64,000 bases of DNA from Trichoplax sp. H2 (lineage: Eukaryota). The DNA is taken from positions 1 through 64,000 of the forward strand of contig NOWV01000187.1 of the NCBI GenBank assembly GCA_003344405.1, in the 5' to 3' direction. Below are positions 12,701-23,725 of this stretch, in pieces; position 1 is the stretch's first letter, and every line of letters begins with the position of its first letter. Both the position numbers and the translations under genes were made by a program. Below the pieces are notes generated by a model. It did not search any database. It saw only the letters and a program-made list of their open reading frames with translations, and was not told the DNA's origin.

Positions 12701-13968
12701 AATTCGGATATCGTCATTATCATAAACTTCGATAAGTTTATTAAAGTTTAACGTTCTCATGGAATAATGCTATGCTTCTGAAATGAAACGAATATATGAT
12801 ACAAGACAACGATTACTGTTGCAAAATGGCATTGTAACAGAATGCAAACTTGAGGATTGTAGATGCGAATACAAGAGTATAAGTCTTTCTGTACTGGTCA
12901 AAGACATCGACTGGCATGAAATAATGATACTTGTATCCGTAGGGACTATCTATTTTAACCTCTCTGCTTGCATCTTATTGGCTATTAGTAGCTATGAAAA
13001 GTAGTTTATTTTTATCCAGAAGCATAAATTTGAGAAAAAAACCATCGTTGCTCGATATTTAAATCGACTAAACGAGTTATACACTTATGAGGACATACGA
13101 ATGGGAAGAGAATATTTATAAATTAAATTACGCAGTCTAAGCTGGGAGGATTCATCTCTCGGCGATTCCTGTAAATGCAATAAAATTATAGAATATAGTA
13201 TAATTAAACTAGATATGATAGTGATCTGTCTTATATAAGTAGTCACACAAGATTGAATTATCATTCCTTGTTTACAATTGTTCAAGTACTACAAAATCAA
13301 ATAACAAGTTAACAACATGCAAGATCATCCGTATCGCAACGTAGATATAATAGAATACACTATTGCGAAAAGAAAACTACTCGAGTATGTATTGTAAAAT
13401 ATAATTACTGTATCAACTGTGAAATTATGATTGTTTACTCACGTTTTGTTTATTGAAGCGAAATAATTGAGCAGACAATACTTTGAAAGGTTCATGAAAA
13501 TATCTCAAAGTGATTAGTTATGATGTTAATTGCATTTAAGAAAAATCAAAACAGATATCGATATATATATATAATAAAACGATTGAATCGTTCACGGATA
13601 ATGAAAACTATGTAGACAGATTGCTCCGTCTCTGTTGTCGAAAGATAGTTTAGACCGGACGATAATTAATTAAAGAATTCAATTTAAAAGGAAAGTAGGA
13701 CCCTGACTTTAGCGCTATTAATACAATAAATAGGATATATTCTATTTATTCTAAGGCTGCCTAAGTCATAAATTTAACATATTTAGTAGTATATGAATGA
13801 TTATAATCTTCAGTATCACCTTAATTTCACCCTTTCAAATTGAGGCTATGCTCGATTCTTTTCCGAATTTTTGATTAACGGCGATAACGAGTAGAAAGCA
13901 ATACCTGGAAATTTTAACAGAATACACAACTTTTGGTTCCGTCCTATTCAAATAAAACTCAAGTAGCC

Positions 13969-14925
13969 ATGGCCAAGACGTTTACTCACAACATTTCTAA
14001 CAGTAATGTAACAAATAACTTTGATAATATCATGTACGACTACGCAAGTTTAATCAGTGGTGCCGTATCGATCATAGGCTGTTCTCTTAATTTATTTCTA
14101 TTATGCGTATTAATGAGTGATAAAAAGTTTCAGGCTATCTCGTATAAACTAATTCGAATCTCTGTCATCTCTGATATTTTATCAAGTCTTGCTATTGGTA
14201 TTGGTTACCTCTTAGTCTCTTACGAATTTACTTATGATGGAGGCGTGATTCTTTGTAGGGTAGTTTTATTTTTTACATTTACCTCCAACGGTGTCTCTAT
14301 GTTAAATTTATGCTTAATCGCTATCGATCGCTATTATGCTATCCTTAAACCTCTCTATCAAGGCTATCATAGACGACGCAAACACATTTTCTTTACTAGT
14401 CAAATTTTAGTTTGGATGATAGCAGCCGGTTATACTGGAGCAATAGTCCCTGCAATTAAAGTCTCTCACGAGGATCCAACGTTATGCGATTTACCTGATA
14501 TTGCCACCGATAATACTATTCCTATTCGAATGATTATCATTGTCACTCTGCAATATATTGTGCCCTGTACTAGTATTGCAATAATTTACTTCAAAATAGT
14601 ATCACATCAAAGAAATTATGTACGACCAGGCGAAAACACATTTCAAAATATTGAAAATAATAAACGAAAAAAAAAATTTATTAATATGTTAATTGCTATT
14701 ACTTTATGCTATATCCTTATAACATGGCCGTTTAATGCTACTCTACTTGGCATGTCGATTGTGCGAAAGACAGCTATACAAGTACGCAAGGAAAATTTCC
14801 CTTTTTTCTTATTATTATTTTATTCGCTATCAGTTAGCATAAGTGTAGCTATTATTAATCCAATAGTTTACCTTAAATTTGATCGAAATATTAGAGAGAA
14901 ATCGTTGAAAATTTTTAGACACTGA
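13969..14925 (+). CDS. Intronless rhodopsin-like (class A) GPCR, copy 2, 318 aa
   Basis: Colinear paralog of 4188-5141 with DRY, TWPF and NPIVY. The first ATG is at 13969. Confidence 0.93.
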   Translation: MAKTFTHNISNSNVTNNFDNIMYDYASLISGAVSIIGCSLNLFLLCVLMSDKKFQAISYKLIRISVISDILSSLAIGIGYLLVSYEFTYDGGVILCRVVLFFTFTSNGVSMLNLCLIAIDRYYAILKPLYQGYHRRRKHIFFTSQILVWMIAAGYTGAIVPAIKVSHEDPTLCDLPDIATDNTIPIRMIIIVTLQYIVPCTSIAIIYFKIVSHQRNYVRPGENTFQNIENNKRKKKFINMLIAITLCYILITWPFNATLLGMSIVRKTAIQVRKENFPFFLLLFYSLSVSISVAIINPIVYLKFDRNIREKSLKIFRH

Positions 14926-16199
14926 TAATTTAAACTCTTTTTGTATGATTTAGGCAATTCTAATCTATTTCTATAAGATCATTCCGTCAGATCATTCACA
15001 TTACTAAATTTCAATTTTATCAAGAATGTAATTTTCTGAGTTGAAATAAGTGCAAAATTTTGGTGGTAACCTGAACTAAAAATACTGTTAGTTAATATTC
15101 GGTCTCTCTCATTAAACCATAGCGGAACAAACTCCCTATCTAATTTGGTCACATGATAATCAGCAGGAGAAGCTATCGAAGATTGCGTTAACGTCTGTTA
15201 AACTAAGCTTGTTACTATCAGTTAACATGTACGCTTACTCTGTTATTCTATAAAGAACTAGCTCCGAAGGGAGCTAGTTGTGCAACTTAATAACAATAAT
15301 TGTGTATACTAAATTATAATTGCAATATTATAGTAGATGAACAACGGCTACTAGTGTTATTTTTAAAAGCTAGCCAAGATGAGACTCGATTTTCATTCCA
15401 TTGAGTTTTTAATGAAAATGAATTTATTCTGACGTGTAAGATTAATATTATCCAATTAATGTAAATTATAATTTCATTCTATGTTTTACCTATTCAAGCT
15501 AATTTTTTAACATATATTGCAAGTTCGAAATCTTGAAAAATTGAATGGCTATGATAACATGATATGAAGAGATTTAGATAACCCAATTTCATGCGTTAAT
15601 AATAGTGAAAGACTTCGAATCTCGTAATAAGAAAGCTACCAAAATGATCTGACTAGAAATTGCAGAAAACGATCTTAGTATAATATTAGTTAAAGTAAAT
15701 AGTGATCATTACATCAAATTTGGTAAATCAGTGAGATATGACATAATTAATAATTTTTTTCCATGGATTGATCATTATAAATAGACAAATTGATACAATA
15801 TTTTATATATCATGGTAACTGTCAAAATCTTTATTTATTTGTTAATATAATTACTATTAACTATTCAAGGAATATCTTATTCTTTTAACGCTAATACAGT
15901 TGTATCTACCTGTTCATTAAGAGCGCAGTTAATAGGTATCTTAAAATAATGTTATGTAAATAAGCTATCGTAATAATTTAATCATCTGTACGCATTAAAA
16001 ACTGTTTTTTACTAGATTGATTTACTATTATTACAACTAAATGTTGGATATTTTCTCGCACGATTGGCCTAAAATGGGGTATTTTATATCTTTTCTCATA
16101 GTAAAATAAAGATCTTTAAGCTTACTTTGTACACCTGAATATCACTTGATTCCACCTTGTCAGTCTGTATAGTCCTGATGTTCAAAATTTAATCAATGT

Positions 16200-18150
16200 C
16201 GGAATATATGTGCATATTAGATATAGGCGATATTTGAGATCAAAATCAATATCTTAACGTACTATAGTACAGAAAATTAATCATTGGCTAGGAAAATAAT
16301 ATAATAACAATTTTAATATGATATTTATTGGAAAATTCAAGTTCTCGCACGTGTTTGTATGACCATACTTTATGTAAAGTTAATATTCGTTAGTGTATCT
16401 TATTTTTGATCTTAGTAAAGTATAAATCAATATTAAATTTTCCATTATTTATTTAGAATCGATTTATTCAAAGCCAAAAGCTAATACTTTTATTATAAAG
16501 TGAGTTACCGGATTTACCAACTGATGTCTACAGAATAGTAACAATTTACATGATATAGCATCACTTTCTAAATTCGCTGCTCTACTAACAACTGAAATTA
16601 TAAATGATCGTGTTCGAAATTTAAATAATCTAGAAGTAATTCTACTTGATGGAATGCCATAATTTTTCTAAGATGGAATCTCTTAGATCTTAGATTATGC
16701 GAAATATGATCAAGATTTCAGACAATGCTGTAATTATTCATTCTAGTATATATTACATATTTTCTTGCTAACAAATTGGGAATTATAGAACTTTGATTGA
16801 AACGTAATAAGAGAGACAATCTGCCGTAATTGAGCATAATATCTATTATGATAATTTTATAGTCTTAGATATTAGAATAAACCTTTCAAAATATCTGTTA
16901 CAAAATAATTATGTGTTTCCAATTAATTATAAATAAAACTTTAATGCAACGGGCATAACGGGTAAAAAACAGACAGCTGCCTTGCTTTGTATCGATAAAA
17001 GTATACATCATGTCAAACTATTACTGCTATATTTGAAATTCTCTGTAATATCCTTTAATAACTATTTGAGTTGAGCTTATAATAGATCTGACAAGTTGTC
17101 TTCATTAAATTACAGGCTCTTAATTGACTTTTACGATACACGTTAGGAACTTTTTTATAGCATATAGTCTCTGCTTGAACATCGTTTAAATTAACGATAA
17201 TAAAACTCAAAAATTCCCAAAATGGGTTCTAAGAAATATTGAATAGTTCCAGTTTTATATATTTATTCGTTCATTTATTCTCTGAAAGAAATGAAACTCA
17301 AAACTTTCCTGAGAAATAATTTTCTTTCATATTAATTTAATAATAGATCTAAATTATAATTTTTCTATTATTTCTATTCAAATTGCCATTACAATTATTG
17401 CTTTTATCTGGCTTACGTTTAAACAATCAATCTACCTAATCTAGAATGGGTAACAGAAATATGAGACACATCAGAAAAAATCAAAATTTAAGATCGATAT
17501 TTCTCTGTTGATCTTTAAAATATTAATCTTTAATTAAAATGGAGTAGCAGAGCCAGCTTAGTGGAGAATATTTCATATCATAGTTTTAGTCTCAATTGTT
17601 AACATAATCTTTTATAGACATTACCGTAGAATAACTATAATTGATTGTTTTACGGTTCCATGTAAAAGAATTTTTGATTACAAGGACAATAAGTATTGTA
17701 AAAACTACTGACCACAGTGCTATTTTACTTTGAGATATATTATTTTATGCGCCTTAATTTTTAATGCTGAGTCATTAAAGTAAACTTTAATAAATACTAC
17801 GCGACAACCATTTATTTTATAGTTTATGAATTATAAAAATTTAAGATCAACTTTTTATTTTATCTACAAATGAACTCTGCTATGATATCAGAGTTAAGAT
17901 GTATTATATCAAATTAATTTCTGTAAGAATTCATTTATTAACCCTTTTTCAATCAAGATTTGAAGAATATTCATAAACTTTATTCTAACAAAGACAATAG
18001 CAGTTAAGATTATCCATGGGTAACGATGTTTGATTAGAGTCTCATTTAATTAAAGAAATACGCTATATCACTTAGATAGATGTAGCTTCGAAATAGTTTA
18101 TATTTTGTAACTCTTTTACATAAACTGAAAGGCATTTTATTATAAAACAT
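16200..18150 (+). pseudogene. Decayed LRR gene, paralogous copy
   Basis: ELPDLPTDVY (about 16502), VRNLNNLEVILLDG (about 16612), IDLNYNFL (about 17343), NLPNLEW followed by GT (about 17429). Confidence 0.45.
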
Positions 18151-19054
18151 AACACAGTTTACGCCTAATGCTTTATGATGCCAGCCAGAATCAAGTTTCT
18201 TTAATAATTTTAAAAATTATTGACAAAGTTCAATAGAAACTTCTATATGTTCTCATCTGATTATGATTATTATAGACGCAAATAAACTGAAATACAGATA
18301 ATCTTTGATATCATCTGGAAGAGATATAGTCCATCATCTAATCTCGATTTGAAATAACGAATTTATTTGAAATTCTATAAGTTACCTGGCTCAAATATGG
18401 TTTAGGTTGCGTTTATATTTATGAAAACGGTATATATAATTGCTACAAACCAATTTCGTGACAAAGATAACGTACAACAAATCTGTAAATTGCTATAGTC
18501 TCCGGAATTCAGTATTCCTTAACTACCTCACAAGAATTTAGACGCCTTTGCTTCTACGTTAAAACAATTATAACACTCTTCTTTTATTCAACTATCTGCC
18601 GAGCTTAAATACCCTTCGGCAGCAGCTATCATGTATGAGTCATAACAGTTCACGAAATTTAGCTGATATGGGATAGCTGAATTAATGCAGACATTATTCA
18701 TAATTTTGGACTTTTACTGAACGATTCTAGATAATTAGACTACAGTATGTCCACACACGGAATTATTTATAGTATCATCTATAATTGAATATCTTCAGGA
18801 TATTCATCGCAAGCGTTACAAGACATATCACCATCATCAATTAATATTAGTTACCTTATGAGAACTCTTACTACAATACAGCATAATTTACTGTAACAAA
18901 ATAATAACTACTGCAGTTCTTACTGTAAGTCATTATTAGTTATCTCCATATATAAATGTTAAAAACTAAATTTAGTCATTTACTCTTCAAGGTGGTTCGT
19001 ACCGTGACAATAATGCATCACAAAAGCGATGTATTCGTTATACAATTATACAGA

Positions 19055-19220
19055 TATAATAAATGTGTCACATAATAACTATCTCAGTCAAATGGTATTT
19101 TCTAAAATGGCTTTTATTACAAGGTTTTAGGAATAGTAGAGCAATAACTAATTACTGCAAGAACCTAGTCTAAAATCTAAAGTATTCCGAGCTCAAAGTG
19201 AAGTGAAGTCTCTTCCCCCT
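19055..19220. mobile_element. Truncated, inverted fragment of solo-LTR family 2
   Basis: Reverse complement of about 7955-8116 (e.g. AATAACTATCTCAGTCAAATGGTATTTTCTAAAA...TAGTCTAAAATCTAAAGTATT). Confidence 0.75.
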
Positions 19221-22200
19221 TTATATTTCTTAACTTTGTTAATGTATAGTTGGATAAAATCAGTGGAAACGCGCCCAGGAACTTGGATTACTCTTATCAT
19301 GTTTATCTTCTATTAAAGTATTCCCATTTTGATATGGAATGTCTGCTATACATTTAACTAACTTATCATACTCAGTAAGAACTCCGAGGCCTGAGTGGAG
19401 TTGAAATAGAGCACTTCATTAGCCCTTTAATTTTATTTCTTGAGTAGTATTTCTGGATGCGGAATTGGATTTTATACATCTACAGTATATAATTTAACAC
19501 TCCAGTAGCTAACGGAGGTAAAACTAAAGAATGTTCTAGCCGTAAGTTCTGAAAAAAGGATCAGTTGCTAGCGCTGTGCTCGTTTCAACTTTGAAGTTAT
19601 TATATAATTGACCACATACTAAAAATACTCATCTAGATTAACCACAGTGCTATTGTAGTAATTAATAATCGCTATAAGACACATTTATTAGGCTACCGGT
19701 AAGATATTGCTGTAATGGTTCATAGGCAAGGAGTACTTCACCCTTTCATTTCATTTATTGACTGGTATTTTAGATTTAAAATTGGATTTTTTTATCAAAT
19801 GTATGTTGATCTGTACAAGCATTGATTCCGTCAAGACTATCATTATATTTACCAGTATAAACCACTTATACCTAGTAATTTTTTATACATCGATATAATT
19901 TAATATTCCGGTAGCTAACGGAAACTAAACTAAAGAATATTCTAGCCTAGAGTAAGACGCGATGGACATGAGTTATATGAAATGTTAATTCCATTGCAGT
20001 ATCATAGTAGTGATTATCATGCATATCTTTAACATTTGCAATTACAGGAAGTAAGAATTATTCTACTATTTATAAGACTATGATTGTCTGTCTTATTCAA
20101 TAGCCCACCTATGTATGTTAGTCTCTATGCTCCAAGTAAAATTATAATTGAACGTATTCTTATATAAAATAATAAGCTGAAGAATTTTTTGTAGCAACGA
20201 ACAGGAACTTGCATCTTACAGTACATTCATTCAGCAACGATAATATGATTGGCTAAAGCACTAATGAGTAAATATTTATTTATTTGCTTCTTCAAGTTGT
20301 ATTACTTAATTTTTCGTCCTTTAGCTTTATCATAATTCTTATTGTTACCGTTATTTTGTGAGTAAACATTCTTGCATAGTTACGGTAGACAAATCCTGTC
20401 AATAATCAATGTAATGATGACTACAATCTATCAATAGAATAAAATTTCATCCAATTTATCCTATCTTATGGCTATTATTTTGTTTTCCCATCGGTTCATT
20501 TTAACACCCAATTTTGGAGTAATATTTCCCTTATAGGTCTGTGCTAAGCCAATATGAATGTATAGAATTAAAATGGCCCTATATTTTCTAGCGGTTATAG
20601 CTCAAATCCAGTTTTGGATGGGAATACTTTAGCCAGCCAATATTCTATAGCTATTATTATTACTTAGATAAAATCGTATATTATATCCTATGTACGAGAG
20701 TCAAAATTAAGCGCGCGACTGTAATAGCACTTATTTTAGTATGGGATGATTATTTTTTAGAATAAGTGATTTAAAAAGTTGCCTAACTATGCAATTTATA
20801 AGAGTATGCAATGGCTAATGTAATATGAAGAAGGTCTAAAATAAAGTTAGTTATTAAGCAGCTCTAAACTAAACCTAATATACCAGCGTATGAAGGAAAT
20901 TTCATAGTTATCTTTTTTTACTTTGGCGAAATGCCTTGATAAACCCTATGTAAACTTCATAATAGGCTTGAATTATTTCTAATTATGCATGCAGAAATTA
21001 TACAGTAGAGATCATCAAGTATACTCTGGGGAATTCTACCGATACGATGTCATAGCACTAATGATAATGTTAATAAAGTCCTTTTGCGATGTCCATATCC
21101 TTTGCCGGGCAAGATAAAAATGGACGACTGCATAGTGACAGAGTCTGTTTTAAATTAATTGTACGATAGGATCTTGACGAACTTTTCCAAATTTTACTTG
21201 CCTAGTAATCAACAACCTATGGCATATTTGAATATCATGAATGGCTTATTGTCCTAATAAACAAAAGTCGAGTATTTACTCTATTTATTTATTAGCCTAA
21301 GTATAGCCATTGATCATCATTGGTTAGAATTGAATGAATCTTGAATGCATTGGCAAGGATATTATTCTAGGCAATGAGTCATTCAATCTTTTCAACTTGT
21401 TCAACGTAAGTAGAATTACCACTCAACGATAGGCTACGACAGTGGGGTATGTTTAGGATTTCGTCAGCAAGGAAATGGAGAATTGGAAATATTTTAAAAT
21501 CGGTAACTTTTCCAATGCTTTGAACGAATAGCTAATGAATAGAAAGCAACTTTTACCAGTAGTAGCGTCATGATTTCAATAACGGAAAAGAAAGGATAGC
21601 TTGCGGAAGTAAACATGATCATCAAAATACGGTAGAATTGGAGTTCACATTAGTGTGGTAAATAAGCGTATTTTCCAAAGGAACATCAAGCAGTGCTCTT
21701 CGACTAAAGATGCATCAATATTGCAATTTAAAATGGACAAATATAGCGATGGTGATTGAATTTATCCTAATCAATTTTTTTAATCCTGGCTATGTTTCCA
21801 CATACGCCAATAGGGGTGGATACGTTGAACAGTTATAATCATTATCAAAGCGATGCCGAGATAGCGGCTTTACTATTTCGAGCTCTGATATGCAATGTAT
21901 CCTTCATAGTATGAATAGATGAATTCATCATTTTGTAGATGTAGAAGGACCGAACTATGCGCTTGGGATTTACGTCATTAACATCATTATTCAGGTCAGG
22001 GAAAAAGTCTGTGAAGGCCATCAATTGCTAATTAGGATAGAAAGCCGAATTATCTCTTGAGATTGGGTAATTGACCTCATTATCCACCTCCGGAAGGAAG
22101 TACGAAAAAATAAAAGATTTCATTTGCAAATTAATATTTTTTATAAGTGTGATAGAAGTCAATTATTCGCTTGAGTACAGATTGCATCACTAGCACGTTT

Positions 22201-23209
22201 AGATCAAGGAGGGATAACCGTGAACGAAGACTATGATCGTGCAATAGCTAAACTATTCGCTTAAGTTTTCATCATTAGCACATTCAGATCAAGGAGGGAC
22301 TACCGTGAATAAAGGCCATGATCTGCAAATTATTCTATTGTTGTTGCAATCATCTCAACTTGGCACGTTTCTCAGCTAATTCTATTCGTACGTTAAGTCA
22401 AGTTGACTGAGCTATTTTATAAAGTAAAGTAACTAAGAACGCTTGTAAATATTGCAACCCTCGAAAAAGTTATTTCATAAATTAACGATCCACTTCTAAG
22501 TCAATTTGTAAAATTAGCAATGATTTGATGACTTTATAAAGTACAGTAGTTCATTACGTTCCGATTCTTGGTTCGGTAAACTTGACCTGGCATATGATAC
22601 GTATGTTCTTAATATCCATGGTAATACCTAATTGGAAATTCTGCTATAGCATTGCTAGAGTTATGACATATCCTTTAGGGTTGCAGTCCTGTACTTTCTG
22701 ACTTTAATTCAGGCAGATCGAAATTGTTTTCTGCTCGAACACATTTATTAAAAATTTCACGTACTGTGCAGCAATAGAATGTAAAAAGCCTATTTCATAA
22801 TTTTCCATCGAATCCAGTTTTCTGCTAGTTGCATGGTAAGCTCCGACGCTTAACCCAGTGCATCTTCCCTCCAACGTCTAGTCGACGATACTACGTCGTT
22901 TCCAGGCTAGAATCTTGCATCATTTTTTAAATGCGTAGTGCTGATTAATTGTAATTAAAGCTCTTATTTCTACAATATTATCCAGAGTAATTCTTCGCAG
23001 ATGCGATGAACTTGTTGGCGTGAAGACTCGACATGCCGTAAATTCGCGCTATCACTAAGCTGAGCATATACAAAACTATTCTCTACCTTACTTCATCCAA
23101 TCGCAAGAGAAAATAATCTTGCATCTACAACTTTCCTTGGCTATTTCATTTGCTATATTCCTGTTGCTCATTTCTCCCTCACCCATGTAGAACTACAACT
23201 ATAGTCCTA

Positions 23210-23725
23210 CCTTGCCACCCCATTATACCATTCAATTCATCGATCGAATTAGTGAATAGCTCCTTCTAATAGACTGCATGACGAGTCAAGAAATGACCTT
23301 TCATTTCATGACTTGTCCTTGTCATTCTACCATTCGATTCATCGATCGAGTTGGTGACCAGCATCCTCTATTAGACTGTACCTCATCCAAGTCCTTGACT
23401 GCAAATATAGGAAGAAATGGCCTCTCATTTCCTAATTCGCCATCTCATTATACAGTACCATTCAATTCATCGATCGAGATGAATAGTTTCCTCGAATCGA
23501 ATCCAATAAAGAGACCAACGATAGTTCCATTTGGCATCGTAGAGTTATGGACAGTACCTAAAACAAATCCAGTCAGAAACGACCTTTGATTCATGACTTG
23601 CCTTCCCATTATACACGTACCATTCCATTCATCGATCAAGGTGGTGAATAACTTTGTAAAAAAACTGTAGATCATTTGAATTCCTTCCATGTCGATCTAG
23701 CTAGAAATGGCCTATCATTTCAAGT
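23210..23725. repeat. Irregular array of a conserved 70-80 bp block with variable spacers
   Basis: TACCATTCxATTCATCGATC at about 23227, 23328, 23456 and 23618; AGAAAyGrCCTxTxATT at about 23289, 23413, 23575 and 23703. Confidence 0.7.

Larger units (their letters stand above)
12705..18395 (+). repeat. Diverged second unit of the GPCR + LRR-pseudogene segmental duplication
   Basis: 12705-15150 aligns with about 2445-5400; 15530-17630 aligns with about 10225-12552; 17630-18395 aligns with 1-818. Confidence 0.85.

Noticed and set aside
22878-22910. Second Helitron 3' end (CGACG/CGTCG hairpin near CTAG)
   Set aside because: The stem is only 5 bp, CTAG is not followed by T, and no matching 5' TC terminus or Rep sequence was found.
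23210-23725. CRISPR array interpretation
   Set aside because: Eukaryotic context, degenerate long repeats, irregular spacer lengths and no cas genes.
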